Shown in pieces: positions 8,850-17,358 of a stretch of 64,000 nucleotides of DNA. The stretch covers positions 474 to 64,473 of the forward strand of contig JBBRNK010000022.1 in NCBI GenBank assembly GCA_038230355.1. Direction: 5' to 3'. Each line of letters begins with the position of its first letter. The first letter of the stretch is position 1. The DNA is from Mycobacteriales bacterium. GTDB taxonomy: Bacteria; Actinomycetota; Actinomycetes; Mycobacteriales; SCTD01. The translations under genes and the position numbers were made by a program. Below the pieces are notes generated by a model. That model was not told the DNA's origin. It made no database searches and saw nothing but the letters and a program-made list of their open reading frames with translations.

Positions 8850-10219
8850 CCTTCCGTTGCCAAGAAGACGTTCTTCACATCCGTGAACGCATGCAGTGCA
8901 TCGGGGCCTAACTCACGCCCGAGCCCAGACTGCTTGAAGCCTCCGAAGGGGGTCGCGTAGCGCACCGAGGAGTGACTGTTGACCGACAAGTTGCCCGCCT
9001 CGATGCCACGTGCGACGCGCAGCGCACGACCGAGGTCACGGGTCCAGATCGAGCCAGCGAGCCCGTAGCTACCGGCGTTGGCGAGCCGGATGGCGTCGGC
9101 CTCATCCTCGAAGGTCACTACCGCCACGACGGGCCCGAAGACCTCTTCGGTGACTGCTCTGTCAGCGGCATCGACCGGGGCGAGGACCGTAGGCGGGAAC
9201 CAGAACCCCGGTCCGTCAGGGGCCTCGCCTCGGAAGGCCACCGGCGCTCCCTCAGGGACGTAGGACGACACGCGGTCCCACTGCCGTTTGCTGATCAGCG
9301 GCCCCATCTGCGAGGTGTCCAGTGCAGGGTCCTCAACCCGCATGCCCTTCACGGCCGGCTCGAGCAGCTCCATGAACCGATCAAACACGGAGCGCTGTAC
9401 GAGGATGCGGGACCTCGCGCAGCAGTCCTGCCCGGCGTTGTCGAACACCGCGTACGGCGCGGTTGCCGCGGCCTTCTCCAGGTCGGCGTCAGCGAAGACG
9501 ACATTGGCGCTCTTGCCCCCGAGCTCCAGGGTGACTCGCTTGACGTGCGCGGCGCAGCCGGCCATGACCGCCTTACCCACCGCGGTCGACCCCGTGAAGA
9601 CGATCTTGCGTACCTCCGGGTGTTCAACCAGGCGCTGCCCGACCACCGTCCCCTCGCCCGGGAGCACGATAAGTACGTCCTCGGGCAACCCGGCATCGAG
9701 AGCGAGCTCAGCCAGCCGCAGGGCAGTGAGGGGCGTGTACTCGGCCGGCTTGAGCACGACGGTGTTCCCTGCCGCCAGGGCGGGGGCGATCGCCCAGCCT
9801 GCAATGGGCATCGGGAAGTTCCACGGCACGATCACTCCGACCACGCCGAGCGGCTCGTGGAAGGTGAGGTCCACTCCGCCGGCGACGGGGATCTGTCGTC
9901 CGAAGAGCCTTTCGGGAGCCGCGCTGTAGTAGTTCAGGACGTCACGGACGTTCCCCGCTTCCCAGCGCGCGTTGCCAATGGTGTGGCCGGCATTGCCTAC
10001 CTCCAGCTGCGCGAGTTCCTCGAGGTGGGCGTCCACCTGCTCGGAGAACTTCCGCAGCAGACGTCCCCGATCCGCCGGGGACACTTGGCGCCAGGTTTCG
10101 AACGCCCGACCGGATCGGGCGACAGCCAGGTCCGTCTCGGCTGTACCGGCCATCGCCACTGTGGTGAAGACCTGCTCTGTCGCGGGGTTGACAAGGTCGT
10201 AGGAGGTCGAAGTGGTCAC
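8846..10219 (-). CDS. aldehyde dehydrogenase (AldC-like)
   Basis: PWNFP, FTGST, LELGGKS, AGQDC and EEVFGP motifs. Confidence 0.95.
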   Translation of the reverse strand: MTTSTSYDLVNPATEQVFTTVAMAGTAETDLAVARSGRAFETWRQVSPADRGRLLRKFSEQVDAHLEELAQLEVGNAGHTIGNARWEAGNVRDVLNYYSAAPERLFGRQIPVAGGVDLTFHEPLGVVGVIVPWNFPMPIAGWAIAPALAAGNTVVLKPAEYTPLTALRLAELALDAGLPEDVLIVLPGEGTVVGQRLVEHPEVRKIVFTGSTAVGKAVMAGCAAHVKRVTLELGGKSANVVFADADLEKAAATAPYAVFDNAGQDCCARSRILVQRSVFDRFMELLEPAVKGMRVEDPALDTSQMGPLISKRQWDRVSSYVPEGAPVAFRGEAPDGPGFWFPPTVLAPVDAADRAVTEEVFGPVVAVVTFEDEADAIRLANAGSYGLAGSIWTRDLGRALRVARGIEAGNLSVNSHSSVRYATPFGGFKQSGLGRELGPDALHAFTDVKNVFLATEG

Positions 10220-11580
10220 AGCCGCTCAAACCCTCGGTAACGTTCCCAGTCAGTGACCGCGCGGCCGAACGCCGCCAGTTCAACCGTCGCCATATTGGCG
10301 TAGTGGTCGACCACGTCGTCCCCGAAGGTGGCCCGTGCGAAGGCGCTGCCGTGCCACAGCTCGCGTGCCTCACCGAGGCTGGTCGGCACCCGCACAGCCT
10401 CGGCATCCCCGTAGGCGTTGCCCTCGAGGGCAGGCTCCAGCTCGAGCCCCTCCTCAATGCCCGCCAGTCCTGCCGCGATGGTCGCCGCGGTGGCCAGGTA
10501 GGGGTTGACGTCGCCCCCCGGGATTCGGTTCTCGAGTCGCAGCGAGGGGCCGTGCCCGACGAGACGGAACGCACAGGTCCGGTTGTCCCGACCCCACCGC
10601 AGGGCGGTCGGAGCGAACGAGCCTTCGACGTACCTCTTGTAGGAGTTGATGTTGGGTGCGAGCAGGAGCGTCAGCTCCCGGACATACTTCAACTGGCCGG
10701 CAACGAAGGCCTTTCCGACGTCGGACATCCCCTCCCCCTCGGCCATCACCAGGGAGCCATCCGTGCCGCGGAAACTGCAGTGGATGTGACAGGAGTTGCC
10801 TTCGCGCTCGTCGAACTTCGCCATGAACGTGAGGGCCATGCCCTCCTGGGCCGCGATCTCCTTCGCGCCGTTCTTGTAGACGACGTGACCATCGCACGCG
10901 GTGATCGCCTCGTCGTAACGGAAGGCGATTTCGTGCTGGCCAAGGTTGCACTCGCCTTTGGCGGACTCGACCGTGAGTCCTGCACCCGCCATGGCGTTGC
11001 GGATCCGCCGGAGCAACGGCTCAACGCGTGCCGTTCCCAGCATCGAGTAGTCCACGTTGTATTGGTTGGCCGGCGTCAGCGCGCGGTATCCCCCGGACCA
11101 GGCCTGCTCGTAGGTGTCGCGGAACAACAGGAACTCCAGCTCCGTACCCACAAAGGCCGTCATGCCCGCCGCGGCGAGCCGGGCGGTCTGGTGGGCCAGC
11201 ACCTGCCGCGGGGAGGCGACCACCTCGGAGCCGTTCTCCCACTCAAGGTCAGCCAGGACGAGCACGGTCCCTTCCTGCCAGGGGATCGGCCTCAACGTCG
11301 AAAGGTCGGGACGCAGGACGAAGTCGCCGTACCCGCTGGACCACGAGGACATCGCGTATCCCTCGACGGTGTTCATGTCGACGTCGACGGCCAGCAGGTA
11401 GTTGCACGCTTCCGTGGCGTGCTCGACGACAACGTCGAGGAAGTACGCCGCATGCAACCGCTTGCCCTGCAGGCGACCTTGCATGTCGGTGAGCGCGACG
11501 AGGACTGTGTCAACCGCACCGGAGTCGACCTGGATGCGGAGCTCCGCGAGAGACAGCGAACCAGAGCCGGGCTCAGGCAA
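10216..11580 (-). CDS. glnA4: glutamine synthetase-like gamma-glutamylamine ligase (GlnA4-like)
   Basis: DMQGRLQGKR, ELEF, KGECNLGQHE, GNSCHIH and WGRDNR motifs; TTG at 11580 overlaps the permease stop; gene context matches the Rv2857c-Rv2860c type cluster. Confidence 0.85.
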   Translation of the reverse strand: MPEPGSGSLSLAELRIQVDSGAVDTVLVALTDMQGRLQGKRLHAAYFLDVVVEHATEACNYLLAVDVDMNTVEGYAMSSWSSGYGDFVLRPDLSTLRPIPWQEGTVLVLADLEWENGSEVVASPRQVLAHQTARLAAAGMTAFVGTELEFLLFRDTYEQAWSGGYRALTPANQYNVDYSMLGTARVEPLLRRIRNAMAGAGLTVESAKGECNLGQHEIAFRYDEAITACDGHVVYKNGAKEIAAQEGMALTFMAKFDEREGNSCHIHCSFRGTDGSLVMAEGEGMSDVGKAFVAGQLKYVRELTLLLAPNINSYKRYVEGSFAPTALRWGRDNRTCAFRLVGHGPSLRLENRIPGGDVNPYLATAATIAAGLAGIEEGLELEPALEGNAYGDAEAVRVPTSLGEARELWHGSAFARATFGDDVVDHYANMATVELAAFGRAVTDWERYRGFERL

Positions 11581-13108
11581 GGTTCTCCAGCTCGCGCTCC
11601 ATCGCCGCAAGCTCCTCCGCCGAACCCTGGACCCTCGGCCCGGTGAACCAGTTCTTGGCCGAGACGAGCCACCAGATGCCGGCAAAGCCGACGACGACCA
11701 GCACCGCGACCGGGGTGTAGTTGAAGGTGAGCCGGGTGACCGGGCTTGCTGTCGGCAGCATGAACAGCACGGTGATGAAGACGACCCACAGCACGGCGAT
11801 GATCCCGATCGGCCTGCTCCAACGGCCCAGGCTCCACGGCCCGGGCTCGAAGGCGTCGCCCTGACGCAGCCGCAGGTAAGTCGGTGTGACGTAGGCGATG
11901 TAGAGCCCGATAACGGCGATCGAGGTGACGGCAGCATAGGCAGTGGCGTTGAACAGATAGGGGAGCCCCAGGAGGAACGCACCACCGGCGGCGAGCCAAA
12001 TTGCATTAGTTGGCGTACGGGTGCGCGGATTGATCTGGTGCCAGAGCGAGGACGCTGGCAGGGCGCCGTCGCGCGAGAAGGCGTAGATCATGCGCGAGTT
12101 GGCGGTCACCGACGCCATCCCGCAGAAGAGCTGGGCGCCGATCGCGATGAGCAGCAGCAGCTTGCCACCGGTGGAGCCCACCGCGTCGATGAAGATCTGG
12201 GCGGGTGGCACCCCCGTGGCGGTGCCGGTCGCGCTGTCATAGTTTTGGATCGCATAGGTGAGGCCGATGAGCAGCACCCAGCCAGCGACGATCGACACGA
12301 CGATGGAAAGCACGATCCCGCGGGGGCCGGCGACCGAGGCGTCGTGGGTCTCCTCTGTCATGTGGGCGGAGGCGTCAAAGCCCGTCAGCGTGTACTGCGC
12401 GAGGAGCAAGCCGAGCATCGCGACATAGAACGTCGAACCCCAGCCGGTGTTGTTGACGAACTTGGTGAAGACGAACGACGTGGACTGGTGCTTGTCGGGA
12501 CCGAAGGCCAGCACGGCCACGATGACGGAGACCCCGAGGACGTGCCACCACACGCTGATGTCGTTGAGACGCGCGACGACCTTCACCCCGAACTGGTTGA
12601 GCGCACCATGCAGGACCAGGATGAGGAAGAACAGCAAGATCGTGTGCCACGGCCGTGGGTCGAAGCCGAACTGCAGGTCCAGGAAAGCGTTGAGGAAGAA
12701 GGCCGCACCGAAGTCGATGCCCGCCGTTACCGCGACCTGGCCGAGGAAGTTGAACCACCCGGTAAACCACGACCACGCGGCGCCGTTCTGCTTCGCCAGC
12801 TTCGCCGACCAGTAGTAGAGGCCTCCGGCCGTGGGGAAACTAGAGCACACCTCGGCCATCGACAAGCCGACGAACAGAGTCATCAGGCCGACGAAGGGCC
12901 AGCCCCAGATGATCACCGCGGGTCCGCCTGTGTTCAGCCCGAAGCCGTACAACGTGAGGCAGCCTGACAGGATCGAGATGATCGTGAAAGAGACAGCAAA
13001 GTTCGAGAAGCCCGACATGTGACGTGCGAGCTCTTGCGCATAGCCCATTTGGTGCAACTTCGAGGTATCGCTGTCAGGGGCGGCGGGGGATATTGGCTGG
13101 CTGCTCAT
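11573..13108 (-). CDS. APC-superfamily amino acid/amine permease
   Basis: about 12 hydrophobic segments; GYAQELAR, PTAGGLYYW and GFDASAHMTEE motifs. Confidence 0.93.
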   Translation of the reverse strand: MSSQPISPAAPDSDTSKLHQMGYAQELARHMSGFSNFAVSFTIISILSGCLTLYGFGLNTGGPAVIIWGWPFVGLMTLFVGLSMAEVCSSFPTAGGLYYWSAKLAKQNGAAWSWFTGWFNFLGQVAVTAGIDFGAAFFLNAFLDLQFGFDPRPWHTILLFFLILVLHGALNQFGVKVVARLNDISVWWHVLGVSVIVAVLAFGPDKHQSTSFVFTKFVNNTGWGSTFYVAMLGLLLAQYTLTGFDASAHMTEETHDASVAGPRGIVLSIVVSIVAGWVLLIGLTYAIQNYDSATGTATGVPPAQIFIDAVGSTGGKLLLLIAIGAQLFCGMASVTANSRMIYAFSRDGALPASSLWHQINPRTRTPTNAIWLAAGGAFLLGLPYLFNATAYAAVTSIAVIGLYIAYVTPTYLRLRQGDAFEPGPWSLGRWSRPIGIIAVLWVVFITVLFMLPTASPVTRLTFNYTPVAVLVVVGFAGIWWLVSAKNWFTGPRVQGSAEELAAMERELENLA

Positions 13109-13207
13109 GCACGTCCTACCTTCGGTTGGCTCGCGGATCAGCGCAATGGATCAAGGCCGGACCATAGGGCGAAGATGTTGATGAGACAAGCCAATGCAGC
13201 CACGCAG

Positions 13208-13903
13208 TTACGTGCGGTTCGTCGCCGCCTCGACGTGCGCGATAAACAGGCGCCGGTCCGGGCCCGCCTCAGGGTGCCACTGGACCCCGAGGCAGAACCC
13301 CCGATTCGGGTCCTCGACCGCCTCGACCGTCCGGTCCTGCGCCCACGCCGTCGCGCTCAGCGTCGGAGCCAGACGCCCGAGGGCCTGGTGATGGTGACAA
13401 TGGACGTCGGCGCAACCTCCAAGCAGTCTCTGTAACCGACTCCCCGCGGCAATGCGGACCTGGTGCTCCGCGAAGAGTCCCGGGCCTGGGTCGTGCACGC
13501 CGGTTCCTGGTACGTCGGGAAGGTGCTGCACCAGATCGCCCCCGAGCGCCACGTTGAGCAGTTGCATCCCGCGGCAGATCGCGAGGACCGGAAGATCTCG
13601 CTCAAGGGCGACGTTCAGCAGCTCGAGCTCTGTCTTGTCACGGTCCACCCGGACGATCGAGGTGTGGGGTGAAGCTGTCTGACCGTAATGAGCGGGATCG
13701 ATGTCCGCGCCACCGGCGAGAACAAGTCCGTCAAACCGGGCTAACAGCTTCGCGTCGAACGCGCCCGTGGGAAGCACAACGGGGACGCCGCCGGCCTCGG
13801 TGACAGCGTCGACATAGGCTGCGTGGAGCAGGACAGCCGGGACGTCCCAGCTACCCCAGCGCGCCTGCTCGCGGTAGCTGGAGATCCCGATGAGCGGACG
13901 CAC
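13208..13903 (-). CDS. gamma-glutamyl-gamma-aminobutyrate hydrolase family (peptidase C26)
   Basis: RPLIGIS, GGADIDP, ICRGMQ and QWHPE motifs; GTG at 13903 after GGGGAGGA. Confidence 0.92.
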   Translation of the reverse strand: MRPLIGISSYREQARWGSWDVPAVLLHAAYVDAVTEAGGVPVVLPTGAFDAKLLARFDGLVLAGGADIDPAHYGQTASPHTSIVRVDRDKTELELLNVALERDLPVLAICRGMQLLNVALGGDLVQHLPDVPGTGVHDPGPGLFAEHQVRIAAGSRLQRLLGGCADVHCHHHQALGRLAPTLSATAWAQDRTVEAVEDPNRGFCLGVQWHPEAGPDRRLFIAHVEAATNRT

Positions 13904-14024
13904 CTGTCCTCCCCTGGTCTTGACTCCGTGCGAAAGGGTAGTCGCCAACCGAAACACCCTCGATCCGAGGGCGGTCTCTTCGGCAAGCAGCGGCTCGCAA
14001 CACCACTGGCCAGACCAGCAGTGC

Positions 14025-14163
14025 CCCTGGAGCGACAGCAAACTGCCTGCCACTCAGGCCTTTGAGCACGTTGAGGTGACGAGGGTCGAGCGTCGAGGAT
14101 GGTGCGGGTGTCGAGGTGCTTGGCAAGCACGACCAACGACGCATCCGCCATGCCGACCTCCTG
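14025..14163 (-). pseudogene. frameshifted C-terminal remnant of a second VapC/PIN toxin
   Basis: VGMADASLVVLAKHLDTRTIL / TLDPRHLNVLKGLSGRQFAVAP, joined by removing one base at about 14094. Confidence 0.65.
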
Positions 14164-14181
14164 AGCGCGGACCAGGTTCCG

Positions 14182-16371
14182 CTAGCTCGGGCTCATGTCG
14201 ACGAACCGCGAGTAGTGGCCCTGGAAGGCGACCGTGATGACGGCGGTCGGGCCGTTACGGTGCTTGGCGACGATGAAGTCGGCCTCCCCGGCGCGGGGGC
14301 TCTCCTTCTCGTAGGCGTCCTCGCGATGGAGCAGGATCACCATGTCAGCGTCCTGCTCGATGGATCCGGATTCGCGAAGGTCGGCGAGCATAGGTTTTTT
14401 GTCGGTGCGCTGCTCGGCGCCACGGTTGAGCTGGCTCATCGCGATCACCGGGATCTCGAGCTCCTTGGCGAGCAGCTTCAGGGCGCGGGAGATTTCCGAG
14501 ACCTCCTGCTGGCGCGACTCGGCCTTCTTGTTGCCGCTCATCAGCTGGAGGTAGTCGATGACGATCAGCTTGAGGTTGTGGCGTTGCTTCAGGCGCCGGG
14601 CCTTGGCCCGGATCTCCATCATCGTCAGGTTGGGCGAGTCGTCGAGGTATAGCGGCGCCTCGGCGACCTCGCCCATCCGGCGGGCGAGGCGGGCCCAGTC
14701 GTCGTCGGTCATCGAACCCGAGCGCATGTGGTGCAGCGGCACCCGCGCCTCGGCTGACAGCAGACGCATCGTGATCTCGGTCTTGCTCATCTCGAGCGAG
14801 AAGATGCACGACGGGTGGCCGTGCTTGATCGAGGCGCTGCGGGCGATGTCGAGGCCAAGCGTGGAGTTGTGGGTCGGCACCATCGCCTCACCGGCGAGGT
14901 AGAGGTGGTCGGCGTTGTCGACCTCCACGCAGCGGACCGGCACGGATGGCACGCGGGTAACGCTGACGATCGTGCGGCGACCGGTAAGCAGGACCTGCGC
15001 AGCCAGCGCCTCCTTATGGCTCATGGCATGGTCGTCGCGGCGGAAGACGCGCTCGTCGGTGACGATCGCGACCCGGTCTTCGCGGACTGCGGTGACGTGT
15101 CCCAGGCCGAGGGCGAGCTCGCGGGCCCACATCGGAAGGGCGACCGAGCCATCGACGTCGATCTTGCCGAGCACGTCGGTGATCCCTGCGAGCGCGTCGC
15201 GGCGCTGCGCCAGCGAGCCGCGGGCCAGCCGCGCCAACAGGGCGACCCGGTCGACGTCGGGCACGACCTCGGCTGCGGTGAGCATCTGCACCTGCGGGTC
15301 GGTTGAACCGCCGGCCAGCCACACTCCCAGCGTGTACGGCGCTGTCGGCAGGGCCACCTCCGGCAGGTCGAGGGCCTGCGTGGTCGGCACAGTGTGGCCA
15401 GCCCGGACGGTGGTGGCCAGCTCGGCCGTCGTACGGATGGAACGGCCGCCGGCGAGGGCGTCGGTGAGCCACTGGTGCTCGGCGTCGGCGACCAGGACGG
15501 TGCCGTCGCTGAAGGTCACGGCGAAGCACGGCCGGTCGAGCAAGACCTCGGTGGCCGCCACAACCCGGGTCGGCAGGCCGTCGCCACCGAACAGCCGGTC
15601 GCCGACGGCGACGGTGCCCATCGTGGTCCAGCCTGTCGGGGTGGGGAGCGGGGTGTCGAGCGCGAGGGCCTTTCCCAGGCCGGGACGGCCGGCGATGACG
15701 ATCAGCTGGCCGGGGTGCAGGCCGTTGGTGAGGGTGTCGAGGTCGACGAACCCGGTAGGGACGCCGGACATCATCCCGGCCCGACCGCCGATCGCCTCGA
15801 GCTCGTCCATCGTGGGCTGCATCAGCTCTTCGAGCAGCGTGTAGTCCTCCGACGTACGCCGCTCGGTGACGTCGTAGATCGTCTGCTGGGCCCGGTCGAC
15901 GATGTCGTCGACCTCCTGACCCTCCGCGGAGTACCCGAGCTGGACGATTCGGGTGCCGGCGTCGACCAGGCGCCGCAGGATCGCGAGCTCGGCGACGATC
16001 TTGGCGTAGTAGCCCGCGTTGGCGGCGGTCGGCACGGTCGACACCAGCGTGTGGAGGTACGGCATCCCACCGATCCGCCCGGCGTCGCCATTCTTGGTCA
16101 GCTCCGCGCCGACGGTGATCGCATCGGCCGGCTCGCCCTTGCCGTAGAGCTCGATGATGACATCGAAGATGATCTGGTGGGCGGGCCGGTAGAAATCGCC
16201 GGACCGGACGGTCTCGATCACGTCGGCGATCGCGTCCTTGTTGAGCAGCATGCCGCCCAGCACGGACTGCTCGGCGGCGTTGTCCTGCGGCGGCGTCCGC
16301 TCGAACTGGGGTGGCTCCTGTCGCGGGGTCTGTGGCGCTGGCCTGCTCAGCTCGACGACCCGCTCGCTCAC
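14182..16371 (-). CDS. dnaB: replicative DNA helicase with an intein in the P-loop (about 461 aa after splicing)
   Basis: PTAANAGYY, GRPGLGK/ST Walker A split by the intein, SLEM, IDYLQL and DLRESGSIEQDAD motifs. Confidence 0.97.
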   Translation of the reverse strand: MSERVVELSRPAPQTPRQEPPQFERTPPQDNAAEQSVLGGMLLNKDAIADVIETVRSGDFYRPAHQIIFDVIIELYGKGEPADAITVGAELTKNGDAGRIGGMPYLHTLVSTVPTAANAGYYAKIVAELAILRRLVDAGTRIVQLGYSAEGQEVDDIVDRAQQTIYDVTERRTSEDYTLLEELMQPTMDELEAIGGRAGMMSGVPTGFVDLDTLTNGLHPGQLIVIAGRPGLGKALALDTPLPTPTGWTTMGTVAVGDRLFGGDGLPTRVVAATEVLLDRPCFAVTFSDGTVLVADAEHQWLTDALAGGRSIRTTAELATTVRAGHTVPTTQALDLPEVALPTAPYTLGVWLAGGSTDPQVQMLTAAEVVPDVDRVALLARLARGSLAQRRDALAGITDVLGKIDVDGSVALPMWARELALGLGHVTAVREDRVAIVTDERVFRRDDHAMSHKEALAAQVLLTGRRTIVSVTRVPSVPVRCVEVDNADHLYLAGEAMVPTHNSTLGLDIARSASIKHGHPSCIFSLEMSKTEITMRLLSAEARVPLHHMRSGSMTDDDWARLARRMGEVAEAPLYLDDSPNLTMMEIRAKARRLKQRHNLKLIVIDYLQLMSGNKKAESRQQEVSEISRALKLLAKELEIPVIAMSQLNRGAEQRTDKKPMLADLRESGSIEQDADMVILLHREDAYEKESPRAGEADFIVAKHRNGPTAVITVAFQGHYSRFVDMSPS
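14866..15669 (-). mobile_element. class 3 intein (268 aa) with a degenerate LAGLIDADG endonuclease
   Basis: begins ALALDTPLPTPTGW (Ala1), block B DAEHQW, block F VRCVEV, ends PTHN/S, giving the W-C-T class 3 signature. Confidence 0.93.
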
Positions 16372-16501
16372 CGCGTCTGCTCCCCGCCCGGTTCTGACCT
16401 CCTGGGTGCCTGTTGGCCGCCCCAGATCCCTTGTGCCGCAACCTTTCTAGCGGCCGGACGACCTGACCGGGGCACGTCCCGGGAGTGTCGCCGCGCGCAC
16501 C

Positions 16502-16643
16502 TGTGGACCGACCTGGGGACAGGGTGGGGACGCACCGGCGAGCCGCTGTGGATGACCAGTGGGTTGCTGGGGAGGGCGGCCAGAGATCGGTCCGCTATCT
16601 GGCCGATCCTCTGCTCACACCGTTGTCCACCACCTGTGGACAA
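16502..16643. promoter_or_regulatory. DnaA-box cluster upstream of dnaB
   Basis: TGTGGACCG 16502, TGGGGACAG 16514, TGGGGACGC 16525, TGTGGATGA 16547, CTGCTCACA 16611, TTGTCCACC 16623 and perfect TGTGGACAA 16635. Confidence 0.7.
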
Positions 16644-16666
16644 AGAAACCGGAACGGTCGCGGCGC

Positions 16667-17242
16667 TCACCCCGCCTCCGGGAGCCTGCTGCCTGAGTCA
16701 CGGCTACCCGCGGCGACACGGGGGCCGTCCGGCACGCTGTCTGCCAGGACTGCGACGCACGCGCCGCAGAGCCGAACCTCGCGGGTGACGAAGTAGTCGC
16801 TCTCGGCCTCGCAGAGGGCGCACGACGGTCGGACCCGGCGCGTCGGCGCCTTCGGCGTCCGCTTGACGGTGCCGAGGTCGGCGCGGATCTGCTCGATCCA
16901 CCGCTGCCGACTCTGCTCACTGGCAGGCTCCTCACAGGCCGCGCTGCTCCGGGCGTGGTCACGAAGCGCCTTCTCCTCACGCCAGCGGGCGTCGGGGGGC
17001 ACCTGCGGCACGAAGCCGCGCAGGAGCGCCTCGACGGCGACGACCGGGTCCCGACCGGCGGGAAGTGCCCCGATCCGGGCGCTGAGCTGCCCGGAACGCC
17101 AGCCCTTGTCCAGCAGCTGCAGGACGAGGTCACCGACCTCAGGGGAGTGCAGGTCGGCGGCCAGACCGGCCGGGAGGTCGCCGAAGACGGCGGCGTGGGT
17201 CGCGGCATCGAGCCGCTGCAGGGGGAGGTCGAAGAGCTCCAT
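16667..17242 (-). CDS. hypothetical protein with C-terminal CxxC...CxxC putative zinc finger
   Basis: 191-aa ORF with host-like codon use; CALC and CGAC; ATG 6 nt after a -10-like hexamer. Confidence 0.75.
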   Translation of the reverse strand: MELFDLPLQRLDAATHAAVFGDLPAGLAADLHSPEVGDLVLQLLDKGWRSGQLSARIGALPAGRDPVVAVEALLRGFVPQVPPDARWREEKALRDHARSSAACEEPASEQSRQRWIEQIRADLGTVKRTPKAPTRRVRPSCALCEAESDYFVTREVRLCGACVAVLADSVPDGPRVAAGSRDSGSRLPEAG

Positions 17243-17248
17243 AGGACA

Positions 17249-17270
17249 AGGTCACCACGGACCACCGACA
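17249..17270 (-). promoter_or_regulatory. PafBC/RecA-NDp-like DNA-damage promoter motif
   Basis: TGTCGG-TGGTCCGTGG-TGACCT versus consensus TGTCGG-N10-TANNNT (one mismatch in the -10). Confidence 0.55.
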
Positions 17271-17280
17271 GTTTCCTGGG

Positions 17281-17308
17281 CTGTCCACACCCTTCGCGGT
17301 TGTCCACA
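17281..17308. promoter_or_regulatory. two DnaA boxes
   Basis: CTGTCCACA 17281-17289 and perfect TTGTCCACA 17300-17308. Confidence 0.7.
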
Positions 17309-17358
17309 ACCCCGGCCCCCGCGCGCGGAGGCGCGGTCGACCGACGTACGTTGCGCGC

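Noticed and set aside
16500-17310. Second replication origin near dnaB
   Set aside because: DnaA boxes are present but no DnaA-trios or AT-rich unwinding element; a regulatory role is more plausible
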